Source: Abditibacteriaceae bacterium
GTDB lineage: Bacteria > Armatimonadota > Abditibacteriia > Abditibacteriales > Abditibacteriaceae
Assembly (NCBI GenBank): GCA_965277285.1
Contig: OZ255721.1
Coordinates: forward strand, 3,168,001-3,232,000
Reading direction: 5' to 3'
Length of the DNA stretch: 64,000 bases
Each line of letters opens with the position of its first letter. Position 1 is the first letter of the stretch. This document shows, in pieces, positions 49,706 through 60,418 of the stretch. The translations under genes were made by a program, and so were the position numbers. Under the pieces are notes generated by a model. The model saw only the letters and a list, made by a program, of their open reading frames with translations, ran no database searches and was not told the DNA's origin.

Positions 49706-50128
49706 ATGGCAAAGAAAGTCACAGGTTTCATCAAGTTGCAGTTGCCCGCAGGTGCGGCGACTCCGGCGCCTCCGGTTGGCCCGGCGTTGGGTCAGCACGG
49801 CGTCAATATCATGCAGTTTGTCAAAGCCTACAACGAACAAACGGCGGCGCAATCGGGCACCATCATTCCGGTCGAAATCACGGTTTATCAGGATAAATCG
49901 TTCACCTTCATCACCAAAACGCCGCCCGCTGCTGCGCTTTTGAAGAAGGCCGCTGGTCTGGATAAAGGAAGCGCGAATCCGTTGAAAGACAAGGCCGGTT
50001 CGGTCAGCGAAGACAAACTGCGCGAATTGGCGACCTTGAAGATGCCCGACCTGAACGCGAACGATGTTGAAACCGCGATGAAGATCTTGGCGGGAACGGC
50101 GCGCTCGATGGGCATTGAAATTAAGTAA
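49706..50128 (+). CDS. rplK: 50S ribosomal protein L11
   Basis: [28 protein letters not shown]. Confidence 0.98.
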   Translation: MAKKVTGFIKLQLPAGAATPAPPVGPALGQHGVNIMQFVKAYNEQTAAQSGTIIPVEITVYQDKSFTFITKTPPAAALLKKAAGLDKGSANPLKDKAGSVSEDKLRELATLKMPDLNANDVETAMKILAGTARSMGIEIK

Positions 50129-50206
50129 TTGACGGTTGGAGATTGGCGATTATCGAGTACTCGATGCGTCAGTCGCTCGAACAACTGTCAGTTGGAGCAG
50201 GTGATT

Positions 50207-50911
50207 ATGGCGAGAAAACACGGAAAACGGTATCGCGCGCTGGCTGAAAAAATCGCGTCGAACGCCCTCTTCGCGCCGAGCGAAGCGGTCGATCTGGTTA
50301 AGGGCGCAGCGACTGCCAAGTTCGATGAAACAATTGATGTCACAGTGATTTTGGGTATTGACCCGAAGAAAGGCGACCAGCAGGTGCGCGGCACTTTGAC
50401 TTTGCCGCACGGAACCGGCAAAACGCCGCGCGTCATCGCGGTTGCCAAAGGCGAAGCGGCGATGGCAGCCGAAGCCGCCGGTGCCGATGCGGTGGGCGCG
50501 GAAGATTTGATCGCGCAAATCGAAAGCGATGCAGTGCAGTTCGATGTTCTGGTGGCGACGCCGGACATGATGCGCTTGCTGTCGCGCCTGGGCAAAAAGC
50601 TGGGGCCGAAAATGCCGAACGCGAAAAGCGGCACGGTCGGGCCGGATTTGGGACGCATCGTCGCGGATCGCAAGAAAGGCCAGGTCGAATATCGCAACGA
50701 GCCGAAAGCGGCGGTAGTGCATTCGGTGATCGGAAAAGCCAGTTTTGAGCCGGTTCAATTGCAGGAAAATCTGGTGTCGCTGATGGACGCTTTGCAGCGC
50801 GCCAAACCGTCGAGTTCCAAGGGAACGTATCTCAAGGGCATCACGATTTCCTCGACGATGGGGCCTGCCGTTCCGGTTGATCCCGCCAAACTGCGCGGAG
50901 GTGTTGCGTAA
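50207..50911 (+). CDS. rplA: 50S ribosomal protein L1
   Basis: KFDETID, DQQVRG..LPHGTGK, MPNAKSGTV, SSTMGP. Confidence 0.98.
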   Translation: MARKHGKRYRALAEKIASNALFAPSEAVDLVKGAATAKFDETIDVTVILGIDPKKGDQQVRGTLTLPHGTGKTPRVIAVAKGEAAMAAEAAGADAVGAEDLIAQIESDAVQFDVLVATPDMMRLLSRLGKKLGPKMPNAKSGTVGPDLGRIVADRKKGQVEYRNEPKAAVVHSVIGKASFEPVQLQENLVSLMDALQRAKPSSSKGTYLKGITISSTMGPAVPVDPAKLRGGVA

Positions 50912-51441
50912 TGGTCGCCAAGAAATATAAGAACAAACCCGCGCTCGTCGCCGAATTACATGAAAAGTTGGGACGCGCTTCGGCGGTCGTCGTGACCGAA
51001 TATCGCGGCCTCAAAGCGGGCGATTTGGTGAAACTTCGTTCGGGCTTGCGCGAATCTCAAATCGAGATTTTCGTGGTCAAGAACACGTTGCTGAAACTGG
51101 CGGCGGAAGGCACAACGGCTTCGCAAGTCGTCGGCGAACTGAGCGGCCCGACAGCCGTTGCGATTGCTTACGGCGAGCCGACGGACGCTGCTAAAAAGTT
51201 GTCGGATAACGCCAAAACCTTCGAGCCGTTCAACCTCAAGCAGGGCGTTGTCGAAAAGATGGTCGTGGACGAAGGCGGTCTGGCGGCGTTGGCGAAAATG
51301 CCAGGCAAAGCCGAATTGCAATCGCAGTTTGCGGGAAGTCTGGAAGGCTTTATCGGCGAGTTTGCCGGTTTGGTAGATTCAGTCATCCGCGAGTTTTACG
51401 GCTTGGTGGAAGCGCGCGAAGAACAGTTGCAGGCGGCGTAA
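50911..51441 (+). CDS. rplJ: 50S ribosomal protein L10
   Basis: EYRGL, VVKNTL, LSGPTA; TAATG overlap with rplA. Confidence 0.95.
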   Translation: MVAKKYKNKPALVAELHEKLGRASAVVVTEYRGLKAGDLVKLRSGLRESQIEIFVVKNTLLKLAAEGTTASQVVGELSGPTAVAIAYGEPTDAAKKLSDNAKTFEPFNLKQGVVEKMVVDEGGLAALAKMPGKAELQSQFAGSLEGFIGEFAGLVDSVIREFYGLVEAREEQLQAA

Positions 51442-51446
51442 ATCGC

Positions 51447-51519
51447 GTAAGGACGGCAGCTTGCTGCGTCCGCTATGTGAAAGTTTGAATTAGCGGACGC
51501 AGCAAGCTGACGTCCCTAC
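51447..51519. repeat. GTAG-type REP doublet
   Basis: GTAAGGACGGCAGCTTGCTGCGTCCGCTA...TAGCGGACGCAGCAAGCTGACGTCCCTAC; degenerate single copy near 10586-10609. Confidence 0.7.
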
Positions 51520-51709
51520 AAAGTGTTGCACTTAAATCGAATTGAACCCGCGAAGTCTGCGGTTACAAGAGTTGGAAATGAGACGGGCGCTTAATGAGGC
51601 CGACCGCGAGCCAAAGGTGTGAAACGACAATCGAGTACTCGATGATGAGGAAAAGTTGCGTTCTGCGGCTCAAAATTACGACGGTCGTCCAGCGCAGGAG
51701 AAAATTGAG

Positions 51710-52102
51710 ATGGCTACAAGCGAAAAAGTATCACAGATTTTGGAGCAACTCGACGCGTTGACGTTGCTCGAGTTCAACGAACTCAAAGAAGGCTTCAAAG
51801 AAAAATACAACGTGACGGCGGCGGTCGCGGCGGTTGCTGGCCCGGCGGCTGGCGGCGGTGGCGAAGCGGCTCCGGCTGTTGAAGAGCAGACCGAGTTCAC
51901 GGTTATCATCAAGGATGCCGGTGCGCAGAAGATTCAGGTCATCAAGGCCGTGCGCGAAGTCGTGCCGTCGTTGGGCTTGAAAGAAGCCAAAGATTTGGTG
52001 GACGCCGCTCCCGGCCCCATCAAGGAAGGCGTGACCAAGGAAGAAGCGGCGACGATGAAGGAAAAGCTGGAAGCCGCTGGCGCCCAAGTCGAAATCAAGT
52101 AA
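51710..52102 (+). CDS. rplL: 50S ribosomal protein L7/L12
   Basis: [42 protein letters not shown]. Confidence 0.98.
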   Translation: MATSEKVSQILEQLDALTLLEFNELKEGFKEKYNVTAAVAAVAGPAAGGGGEAAPAVEEQTEFTVIIKDAGAQKIQVIKAVREVVPSLGLKEAKDLVDAAPGPIKEGVTKEEAATMKEKLEAAGAQVEIK

Positions 52103-52133
52103 TCGCGTCCAAGTAATCGAGTACTCGATTGCT

Positions 52134-52173
52134 AAAACAGCCCGAACACTGAAAGGTGTTCGGGCTTTTTGTT
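52134..52173 (+). terminator. Intrinsic terminator after rplL
   Basis: AGCCCGAACAC-TGAAAG-GTGTTCGGGCTTTTGTTT. Confidence 0.8.
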
Positions 52174-52258
52174 TCATCAACTAAAATGATTGTTTTTGCT
52201 GTACTGCTATTTTCGATATAATCTCGCGAGCAATTCAGTCAAAAAAAGAAGTGAAATT

Positions 52259-52921
52259 ATGCTAAATATTTTGAAGCATTGGAGTATTACGGTTGAAGAA
52301 TTGAGCCAGGCAGTTCTTGAGAACGGCAGTTTGCGTGGAATGGTCTTTGGATATGTCGCAGAAATCAAACTTCGCAAACTTCTTTCTGGCAACAGCCATG
52401 TGACAAGTTATACGAAAGATGATGACCATGATCGCAGCAAAAAGGGCGATTTGCGAATTGTTTACAAAGGCCACGAGTTCAGAATAGAAAGTAAATCGCT
52501 TCAAACGGCTCGCAACAAAGTTCTGGCAGATGGAACTTACGCGAGCGTAGCTCAAGTTGATGCCAGCGACCGCCGAACCGTTACGATGCCTGACGGCTCA
52601 AAACTGCAAACGACTAACTTGCTCGTTGGTGAGTTCGATGTGCTGTCCGTCAATTGCTTTACGTTTCAAAATGAATGGCACTTTGTCTTTGCGCGAAACA
52701 AAGATTTGCCTCGCTCCACTTTTAGAAACTATTCCGAAGAGCAGCGCCAACATTTGTTGGCTACAACGGTTCGTATCACATGGCCACCACAAGGCATCTT
52801 TTCGGATAACGTTTTCGCATTGCTTGATGCGATGATACGAGAGCGTTTAGCTGATCAAAAGCCGCCGGAAACGATGATTGTCCAAGAAGAGGGTAAACCG
52901 CCTGAAATCGTTAAAGATTGA
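52259..52921 (+). CDS. Probable type II restriction endonuclease (PD-(D/E)xK)
   Basis: GYVAE helix, GD..(x9)..IESKS catalytic pattern; convergent with and overlapping a DNA methyltransferase; low GC. Confidence 0.7.
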   Translation: MLNILKHWSITVEELSQAVLENGSLRGMVFGYVAEIKLRKLLSGNSHVTSYTKDDDHDRSKKGDLRIVYKGHEFRIESKSLQTARNKVLADGTYASVAQVDASDRRTVTMPDGSKLQTTNLLVGEFDVLSVNCFTFQNEWHFVFARNKDLPRSTFRNYSEEQRQHLLATTVRITWPPQGIFSDNVFALLDAMIRERLADQKPPETMIVQEEGKPPEIVKD

Positions 52922-53723
52922 CGACGTTGGAAACAGGCATTTTTACCTTTTGAAATACTAAAAAGTAAGAATGATTTTTCCTGGCATGAACTTGAGATTT
53001 CAGTCTGCTTATGCCTGGTTTGTTTGTTCGCATGACCACAAATAGGTCTTTCGTGTAAAATCCTAACGATTCACAGGCCGAAATAATTTCTACATGAGTC
53101 AGACGTTGCTTGTTAGCGCTTACTTCGTCTTGGCACTTAACAACAAAGATTCCTTTGGGTTTGAGTACTCGATAAACCTCACGGCTTGTACGGAGATACA
53201 AATCCAGTACGGCATCGTGCCATTTTGGCTGGTCGTCCGCATCAGGCGTTGCCTTGCCACTGGAGTAATGATGCCGAAATGTTGTATGTGTTCCTGAACC
53301 AGCCAAATGGTCGGCTGAAGTGCGAAAAAGACCTTCCATGTAAGGTGGATCAAAAACTACACAGTCTATGGATTCGTCGCTATATAAAAGGCTGCGGCTG
53401 TCTATGCCTGTTTCTACAGGAACACTATGAGTAGAATCTTGCTGAACTTTTGCATCAATATCAGAAAAGAGAAAACGGTACTTCCCCGTTGGAATGAGTT
53501 GCCAGAAAACACCTTTTCCGTAAGTCAAATCTGCGACCAACGAACCTGCTGGAATATGCAGAGCAGCAATTTGAGTGAACACTTCTGCATTGCCTGCAAT
53601 ATGCGCCGACAAAATAACGTCCGTTGATGGAACGCCGCCTTGAACCCGTCGCCCAGGTTGCTTTGTTGGAGAATGCTTCAACAATTCTAATTGCGGTTCG
53701 CCAAAAAGAGAAGGATTTTTCAT
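52911..53723 (-). CDS. DNA amino-methyltransferase (m6A/m4C)
   Basis: SAM-binding ADLTYGKG precedes catalytic [14 protein letters not shown] motif. Confidence 0.85.
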   Translation of the reverse strand: MKNPSLFGEPQLELLKHSPTKQPGRRVQGGVPSTDVILSAHIAGNAEVFTQIAALHIPAGSLVADLTYGKGVFWQLIPTGKYRFLFSDIDAKVQQDSTHSVPVETGIDSRSLLYSDESIDCVVFDPPYMEGLFRTSADHLAGSGTHTTFRHHYSSGKATPDADDQPKWHDAVLDLYLRTSREVYRVLKPKGIFVVKCQDEVSANKQRLTHVEIISACESLGFYTKDLFVVMRTNKPGISRLKSQVHARKNHSYFLVFQKVKMPVSNVVNL

Positions 53724-53770
53724 CGTAGCCTTATTCTACTCTAAGTAGAGTAGTGAAGTCAAGGAGCGAA

Positions 53771-54028
53771 ATGGAAGCAATGCAAAAAATAAAACTCCGA
53801 GTGCAACTCAGAGATTATCTCACTTCAATCAACGTCACTCCGTATGTCTTGGGCAAATGGGTTGATGGTGTCAGTTCGCAAACAATTTACGCGATTGCCA
53901 ACGGGACTCGTCGTCCAAGCCTCGAAGTTTTAGAAGCGATTCTGAATGGGCTACGCTCACAAGGTTATATAGCATCATTAAGCGATATTATTCAACTTGA
54001 AGAGACTATCGTGAAACAAGAAGAGTAG
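53771..54028 (+). CDS. XRE-family HTH regulator (candidate R-M controller)
   Basis: GVSSQTIYAIANGTRRPSLEVLEAI; AAGGAG RBS; divergent from the MTase. Confidence 0.8.
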   Translation: MEAMQKIKLRVQLRDYLTSINVTPYVLGKWVDGVSSQTIYAIANGTRRPSLEVLEAILNGLRSQGYIASLSDIIQLEETIVKQEE

Positions 54029-54058
54029 AGCGGATGACATGAAAGTGACAGAAGAACA

Positions 54059-54826
54059 TCACTTCAAAGCCTTGCGCAGAGATTGCACCGTCAATGTCAC
54101 CAGGACGACGAAGAGGACGATGGCGACCAGAAAGCCCTGATAGATGGCGGGATTGCTCCAGTTCGACAGCACCAGGGCGCGCGTGCCTTCGATGATATAC
54201 GTCACGGGGTTGTAGGTCGCAAAGAAGCGAAAGGTTGGTGGCAGCAATTGCATTGGCGCCTGCGAAGTCGTCAGATAAAGAAACGGGAACACGATGATGA
54301 ACATGGATTGCACCAATCTCACGTTCTGAGTTCCCAACGCCGCGATCATGCCGATGCAGCTCCAGCCCATCGCAAAAATCGTCAACATAACGAAAATGGC
54401 AAGAATGCCCAAAACGCCCGTGTTGAAATGAACGCCGACCGCCAGCAACAAAATTAGAACGACAACGCCTTGAATGATCGACAAAAGCGCGATTTCGCTG
54501 AGTTTGCTCAGCACAATCGTCACGCGATGAATCGGCATGATGATGAGTTTCTTGAAGTATCCGCTCGAAATATCTTGCGCCAGTTCGATTCCCGCGTTGC
54601 CAGCGGAAAAGAAAATTGCGGTGAAAATGGCAACCGGCGCGATGAAATCTTTGTAAGAAACGTGCGGGAAACCTGGTACTTTGGCGAAGGCTTGCAATGA
54701 TGTCGAGTTGACAACGAAGAAAAAAACGGGAATGAAAAGCGAGGGAATCAGCGCCAGAAGCGGCCGCCAGATTTGGCGAATGTTACGGATCGAAAGATAC
54801 AGCCAGTCGGAAAAGAATTGTCGCAT
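54059..54826 (-). CDS. ABC-2 type transporter permease
   Basis: Six TM segments; DISSGYF, NPVTYIIEGTR. Confidence 0.9.
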   Translation of the reverse strand: MRQFFSDWLYLSIRNIRQIWRPLLALIPSLFIPVFFFVVNSTSLQAFAKVPGFPHVSYKDFIAPVAIFTAIFFSAGNAGIELAQDISSGYFKKLIIMPIHRVTIVLSKLSEIALLSIIQGVVVLILLLAVGVHFNTGVLGILAIFVMLTIFAMGWSCIGMIAALGTQNVRLVQSMFIIVFPFLYLTTSQAPMQLLPPTFRFFATYNPVTYIIEGTRALVLSNWSNPAIYQGFLVAIVLFVVLVTLTVQSLRKALK

Positions 54827-54867
54827 AAAGAGGAATCGAGTACTCGAATCGGTGTTTTGAATGAATA

Positions 54868-54969
54868 GAACACAGAGGCTTCGCCTACACAGATAACGGC
54901 ACGGATAAACACGGGTCTAACGAAAATCCGTGTTTATCCGTTCAATCCGTGTAACGAAGTTCCGTGTCC
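54868..54969. repeat. REP/MITE-like inverted repeat (family of 7771-7882)
   Basis: ACACAGAGGCTTCGCCTACACAGATAACGGCACGGATAAACACGG...CCGTGTTTATCCG...TTCCGTGTCC. Confidence 0.75.
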
Positions 54970-54975
54970 AAAAGA

Positions 54976-55764
54976 TTAACGTCGTCGTGCATACGGGTCA
55001 GTGGTGTTGAGGTTGACTTCTTCTTCGCCCAGGTTGCTGCCCGTTGTGGAAAGAAAAACTTCTTCCAACGTTTTGGCGTTGTGTTTTTCAAGAAGTTGCG
55101 GAATTGAGCCTTCTGTGACGATTTTGCCTTTGTCCATGATGGCAATGCGCTCGCACAGGTTTTCAGCTTCTTCCATGAAGTGCGTGGTCAGGAAAATCGT
55201 CATGCCGTCGCGGTTCAAATCGCGCAAATGGCTCCAAATGAGTTGGCGCGCGTGCGGGTCTAAACCGGTCGTCGGCTCATCTAAAAACAAAACTTCAGGG
55301 TTATGAATCAGCGACAAAGCGAGGTCGAAACGTCGCTGCATTCCGCCTGAATACGTAGACGTGTAGCGATGAGCAACCTTTTCGAGTTCGACCAATTTGA
55401 GCAGTTTTTTGCTGCGTTCTTCGATTTCGCGCGGCGGCAAATGATAAAGACGTCCATGCAATTGCAGCATTTCCGTGGCGGTCGCGGTTTCATCGAGACC
55501 GACTTCCTGCATCGCAAAACCAACGCGTTTATAGACTTCGTTAGGATTTTTGCTGATGTCGAAACCGGCGATTTTGATGACGCCGCTGGTTTTCTTGACC
55601 AGGTTGACGAGCATATTCATCGTCGTCGATTTGCCCGCGCCGTTTGGCCCCAGAAAACCGAAAAACTCACCTTTGCGCACGCTGAATGAAATGTCGTCAA
55701 CCGCGACGGTGCCGCCTGCGTATTCTTTGCGCAGGTTCTCAACTTCGATAATGGAATCGGTCAT
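54976..55764 (-). CDS. ABC transporter ATP-binding protein (DrrA-like)
   Basis: GPNGAGKST, YSGGM, FLDEPTTGLD, TTH; start MTDSII at 55764. Confidence 0.95.
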   Translation of the reverse strand: MTDSIIEVENLRKEYAGGTVAVDDISFSVRKGEFFGFLGPNGAGKSTTMNMLVNLVKKTSGVIKIAGFDISKNPNEVYKRVGFAMQEVGLDETATATEMLQLHGRLYHLPPREIEERSKKLLKLVELEKVAHRYTSTYSGGMQRRFDLALSLIHNPEVLFLDEPTTGLDPHARQLIWSHLRDLNRDGMTIFLTTHFMEEAENLCERIAIMDKGKIVTEGSIPQLLEKHNAKTLEEVFLSTTGSNLGEEEVNLNTTDPYARRR

Positions 55765-55783
55765 AAATGGATAATACACAGCA

Positions 55784-55859
55784 TAACGAACCCTGAGCGT
55801 AAGCGATGGGTCTTCTGCAAGGTCGTAGCAGACCCATCGCTTACGCTCAGGGTTCGTTA
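55784..55859. repeat. REP family B copy
   Basis: TAACGAACCCTGAGCGTAAGCGATGGGTCT / AGACCCATCGCTTACGCTCAGGGTTCGTTA perfect arms. Confidence 0.85.
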
Positions 55860-56405
55860 AAGATTGGAAAACAAAAGCGGTTGAGCTATTTCCTGTTCGC
55901 TGAACTCCCGTTCGCGGCGTTGCAATGCGGCTTTGCGCGAAGGGTTCCAGCGGAAGCCGGACAGCGAACCATCGTTGCGCACGACGCGATGACATGGAAT
56001 GACGAGCGCCAGACTGTTGGCGGCGCAGGCACCAGCAACGGCGCGCACCGCTTGCGGCTGTTCGATTATCTGCGCAATTTGCGTGTAAGAACGCGTTTCG
56101 CCATAAGGAATCTGTTGCAAAGCGCGCCAGACACGCCATTGGAAATCGGTGCCGGAAACGTCCAGCGCGAAATTGAGTACTCGAATCTCGCCGTTCAAAT
56201 GTCGCAAAATCGTTTGCGTCGTTTCTCGCAAAGTGGATACGTCGTGCGCAATGTCGAAAGTCGGAAATTCTTCGCGCAATTTCGCCTCAAGTTCGTCGGC
56301 GTTGTCGCCCAAGCGCACAGCACAAAGTCCGCGTGACGTTGAGGCAACGAGCAAGAATCCGAGCGGGCAAGGAACAATGTCGAACAAAAGCGGCGTTGAA
56401 GTCAT
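55857..56405 (-). CDS. Methylated-DNA--protein-cysteine methyltransferase (Ogt/Ada C-terminal)
   Basis: GTDFQWRVW, IPYGETRSY, IPCHRV active site. Confidence 0.95.
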   Translation of the reverse strand: MTSTPLLFDIVPCPLGFLLVASTSRGLCAVRLGDNADELEAKLREEFPTFDIAHDVSTLRETTQTILRHLNGEIRVLNFALDVSGTDFQWRVWRALQQIPYGETRSYTQIAQIIEQPQAVRAVAGACAANSLALVIPCHRVVRNDGSLSGFRWNPSRKAALQRREREFSEQEIAQPLLFSNL

Positions 56406-56522
56406 AGAAATTTTACGAAGAGTCACACTGAATCCGCGAGATTCTATCGGGAGTTTTAGCGTGACGCAATTGGCTTTGGTGGACGAGCAAAGTTCGCGCG
56501 GGACAATGGCATTTTACAACAA

Positions 56523-56558
56523 AAGTGCGCTCTATCGAGTACTCGATGGAGCGCACTT
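56523..56558 (-). terminator. Hairpin/terminator after the RND gene, centred on TCGAGTACTCGA
   Basis: AAGTGCGCTCTATCGAGTACTCGATGGAGCGCACTT. Confidence 0.65.
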
Positions 56559-56579
56559 CGTTTCAATCTCTCGAATGTT

Positions 56580-59500
56580 TTACGTCGATTCCTTCATGGT
56601 TTGCATTTGCGCCGTGGTCGGCGAAAGCGGTTCCTGAACCGGTTCGTTTTCCCAGCCGAAACGCTGGCGAATACTTGATACGGAATGCGCGGCGTCATCG
56701 AAGAGCGAATAAATGACGGGAACCGCCAAAAGCGTCAGCAAGAGCGACAAGATTTGTCCGCCGAAAATGACAGTTCCAATGGCGCGGTTGGTGCCGGAAC
56801 CGGCGCCGTGCGAAAACACCAGAGGAATCATGCCCGCCACAAACGCCAGCGTCGTCATCAAAATCGGTCGCAAGCGGTCGCGGTTGGCGGCGACAATGGC
56901 GTCCAGGCGATTCATGCCTTTGTCGCGCAACTGGTTGGTGTGATCGATCTGCAAAATCGCGTTCTTTTTGACGACGCCGAACAACACCAGAACGCCCAAC
57001 AGCGAAAAGATATTCAGCGATTGACCGAAAATCAAGAGCGAAATCAAGGCGAAGGGAACGGTTAGCGGAAGCGTCAGCAAAATTGTGACGGGATGAAGCC
57101 AGCTTTCAAATTGCGCCGCCAAAATGAGATACATGAAGATGAACGACAAAGTGAGCGCTTGAATGAAAGCGGCATTGGTGCGTTGCTGCTCGCGCGAAGT
57201 TCCGCTCGGCGTCAAGGTGTAAGACGGATCAAGTTTGAGATTCCGAAAGACGGTTTCGATGCCACGACCGATGTTCGCTTCCGAAGCGCCGGGGACGACA
57301 TTGGCGCTGATCGTAATCTGGCGGCGGCGATTATAGCGGTCGATTTGTGACGGACCAGTCGAACGCTTGAAGTCGACGACCTGATTCAATGGCACGCTGG
57401 AAGAACTGCCACCGGACGCATTTCCAGTACTCGATGTGCCGCTGGAAGTCGTCGCGGTAATGGACGGATTCGCGGGAACTGTCATTTGCCCGATGCCGCT
57501 GGGATCGGTGCGAAAAGGTGCAGCGGCGCGAATATGCACTTCGTATTCGTAGCCGCCTTCAAGGTAATCGGTGACTTTCTGGCCGCCGACCAGATAATTG
57601 AGGGTGTTGGCGACGACCAGAGGACTAACGCCTGCGTCGCCCGCTTCGTCGCGGTTAATGGCGACTTGAACTTCGGGCGCACCGGCTTCATAACTCGTCG
57701 TCGCGTCGGCCACGCCAGGGATTTTGTTGATCTGCGCGATCGCTTTTTGCGCGATTTTTTGCAGAGCGTCCAAGTCGTTGCCGCTCAGTACGTAGGAAAT
57801 GTTGCCGCCGCCGCGACCGCCGCCGCTGAGAACGCTGAACGAGTTGATGGGCGAAACGCGAAACGTCGTCATGCCCAGATTCGCGGCGGGCTTGCGCAAG
57901 GAGCGACGCATTTTCTGAACGATGTCGGTTTGCGACAGGTTGCGCTGTTCAATCGGTTTCAGACCGACGAAAATGTTCGCCTGGTTCGTCGTTCCCGACC
58001 CGAAACCTGCCGCGCCAACTGTCATCAACGTATATTGAACATCGTGCGATTTGCGAATTTGCGCGTCAATTTTTCGCACCGCTTTGCGCGTCACATCCAA
58101 GCTGGTGCCGGGCGGCAATTCAATCGTGATCTGAAACTGCGATTCGTCTTCGTCCGGCAAAAAGTTGTACGGCAGCATCTTCCACAAAATCGGAATCGAA
58201 AACAAAACGCCGCCGCAAACGATGGCAATCACCAGGCGGTTCGCCATGCTCCACTTCAAAAGCATCGTATAAAAACGGTCGATGTAACTGTAAAATCCAC
58301 GGGCGCGCGTCGAATCCTGCGCATCGTGCGAGGAACCATGAGCATTGTGCGATGTGAGAAGCGCCTCAGAACCCGCATTTGCCGGAGCGAGATCGGTGTT
58401 CGTCGGAACAATGACAGCGACATTTCCAGTACTCGATGCGGCGTTTTTCTTCTTTTTGCCCAGCCAGCGCGCCGTCAGCATCGGTGTCAGCGTGAAGGAA
58501 ACCAGCAGCGAAACCAGAATCGCAAACGACATCGTGAGGCCGAAACTGGCCAAAAATCGCCCGACGATTCCGTTCATAAAAGCGACTGGCAAGAAGACGG
58601 CGATCAATGAAAGTGTCGTCGCCAGAACCGCGAAGCCGATTTCGCGCGTGCCTTCAATGGCGGCTTGTATTGGCGGAAGATTTTTTTCTTCCATCAAGCG
58701 ATAAATGTTTTCCAAAACCACAATCGCGTCGTCAATCACGATGCCAACGGCCAAAGTCAGCGCCAAAAGAGTGATGACGTTGAGCGTGAAACCCATCGCC
58801 CACATCAAGCCGAAAGTGGAAACAATCGAAGTCGGGATCGCAATCGACGAAATCAAGGTGCTGCGCCAATTCCACAGGAAAAGCAGCACGACGAGCGACG
58901 CCAAAACCGAACCTAAAATAAGATGTTCTTCGACGGCATGAACGGCGGCTTGGATAAAATCCTGCTGCGAGCGAACGGCAGTTAATTGCACTCCGGCGGG
59001 CGCGGTTTTGCTCGCCATAGCCAGTTTTTGCGTGACGGCTTGAATGACTTCCAGCGTATTAGTGCCGCTTTGCTTGTAAACCACGAGCTGCACCGCGCGC
59101 TTGCCATTGAATTCCGAACCCGTGACTTCATCCGCTAAACCGTCTTCGACGCGCGCGATGTCCGACAAATGAACCTGCTGACCATTGCCCGACAAAAGCA
59201 GTACGCTATTGAACTGACTGGGATTGGTAAAGCGGCTGAGCGTGCGCAAAGTCAACGTTTGCGCGCTTTGTTCGACGTTGCCGCCCGGCACTTCCACGTT
59301 TTGCGCCGTCAAAGCGTTCACTACATCGGGCGTCGTGATGTTGTACGAACGCATTTTGAAGGCGTCCAGATAAATGTTGATCTGGCGCGCGCGGTCGCCG
59401 CGAAGCTGCACTTGACCGACGCCGCCCGCCGTTTCGATCAAAGGCTCCAGCGTTTGATTCGCGTAATCCGTTAAATCGCCGACCGACTTTTTACCCGAAA

Positions 59501-59930
59501 TTACAATCGCCAAAATCGGCGTCTGGTTTGGGTCGAAGCGGCGCACCACGGGCGGCTGGATGTTGAGCGGTAACTGGTTTTGAATCAGGGCGATCTGGTC
59601 GCGCACTTCTTGCGTCGCCACGTCGATGTTGGTTTCCAGCGTAAAGGTGACCGTGACCGACGAACTTCCTTGCGTGGATGAGGAACGCAGTTCATCGACG
59701 CCGGCGATTGTGTTGACAGCTTGCTCGATTTTGTCGGTCACTTCAGTTTCGACGGTTTCGGGAGCCGCGCCCGGCAAGCTCGTGTTAATGGAAACCGTCG
59801 GCAAATCGACCTGAGGAAAGCGGTCGACACCCAGACGGAAAAATCCCGCCGCGCCGACGACGACCAAAATCAAGATGAGAACTGACGCCAAAACTGGACG
59901 GCGCACACATAATTCAGCTAATTTTTGCAT
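56580..59930 (-). CDS. RND efflux transporter permease (AcrB/AcrD/AcrF family)
   Basis: [37 protein letters not shown]. Confidence 0.96.
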   Translation of the reverse strand: MQKLAELCVRRPVLASVLILILVVVGAAGFFRLGVDRFPQVDLPTVSINTSLPGAAPETVETEVTDKIEQAVNTIAGVDELRSSSTQGSSSVTVTFTLETNIDVATQEVRDQIALIQNQLPLNIQPPVVRRFDPNQTPILAIVISGKKSVGDLTDYANQTLEPLIETAGGVGQVQLRGDRARQINIYLDAFKMRSYNITTPDVVNALTAQNVEVPGGNVEQSAQTLTLRTLSRFTNPSQFNSVLLLSGNGQQVHLSDIARVEDGLADEVTGSEFNGKRAVQLVVYKQSGTNTLEVIQAVTQKLAMASKTAPAGVQLTAVRSQQDFIQAAVHAVEEHLILGSVLASLVVLLFLWNWRSTLISSIAIPTSIVSTFGLMWAMGFTLNVITLLALTLAVGIVIDDAIVVLENIYRLMEEKNLPPIQAAIEGTREIGFAVLATTLSLIAVFLPVAFMNGIVGRFLASFGLTMSFAILVSLLVSFTLTPMLTARWLGKKKKNAASSTGNVAVIVPTNTDLAPANAGSEALLTSHNAHGSSHDAQDSTRARGFYSYIDRFYTMLLKWSMANRLVIAIVCGGVLFSIPILWKMLPYNFLPDEDESQFQITIELPPGTSLDVTRKAVRKIDAQIRKSHDVQYTLMTVGAAGFGSGTTNQANIFVGLKPIEQRNLSQTDIVQKMRRSLRKPAANLGMTTFRVSPINSFSVLSGGGRGGGNISYVLSGNDLDALQKIAQKAIAQINKIPGVADATTSYEAGAPEVQVAINRDEAGDAGVSPLVVANTLNYLVGGQKVTDYLEGGYEYEVHIRAAAPFRTDPSGIGQMTVPANPSITATTSSGTSSTGNASGGSSSSVPLNQVVDFKRSTGPSQIDRYNRRRQITISANVVPGASEANIGRGIETVFRNLKLDPSYTLTPSGTSREQQRTNAAFIQALTLSFIFMYLILAAQFESWLHPVTILLTLPLTVPFALISLLIFGQSLNIFSLLGVLVLFGVVKKNAILQIDHTNQLRDKGMNRLDAIVAANRDRLRPILMTTLAFVAGMIPLVFSHGAGSGTNRAIGTVIFGGQILSLLLTLLAVPVIYSLFDDAAHSVSSIRQRFGWENEPVQEPLSPTTAQMQTMKEST

Positions 59931-60097
59931 GACGAAAAAGGTTTACAGCAGGAGATAACAAGCTCTGCGAAAATTTGGAGGCTGTCAAAATCTAACGATT
60001 GCGCCATACCAACGCTTCTTTAGAAGAAGTTGAGGCGTGTCAAGTTTCGTCAAGCCGCGCACAAGATCGAGTACTCGATTCCTTTATAATGGGCCTT

Positions 60098-60418
60098 CTA
60101 TAATGTGCGTTTCAATTCAATAACGAGATTGCGGTAAGGTTCGTCTCCGACATTTTCCAGGCGATTGTGAACCAAGCCTTCGCCCGCTTCCAGAAAGACG
60201 ACTTGGTCAGTTTGATAATTGACCGCGACATCTTTGCTCGAATCGTCATCATCGACGTGAACCAACGCGCCACCTTGCAGCACGATGAACAGATAATCTT
60301 CGTGATGAACGTGCTTTTCCAGCGATTCGCCGGGCTGCAACGCCAAATCCCAAACGCGAATGCGCTCGTTCTCGAACATCAATTTGGTGCCAACATTGGA
60401 CGTAGGTTTATTCGCCAT
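60098..60418 (-). CDS. Cupin domain protein
   Basis: FENERIRVWDLALQPGE, HVHHEDY, HNRLENVG...IELK. Confidence 0.85.
   Translation of the reverse strand: MANKPTSNVGTKLMFENERIRVWDLALQPGESLEKHVHHEDYLFIVLQGGALVHVDDDDSSKDVAVNYQTDQVVFLEAGEGLVHNRLENVGDEPYRNLVIELKRTL

Noticed and set aside
55765..56139. N-terminal extensions in the ORF track for the ABC ATPase (likewise recR, dnaX, rplA, rpmG, nusG, dienelactone hydrolase)
   Set aside because: They run through REP elements, tRNAs or neighbouring genes; downstream ATGs match family starts.
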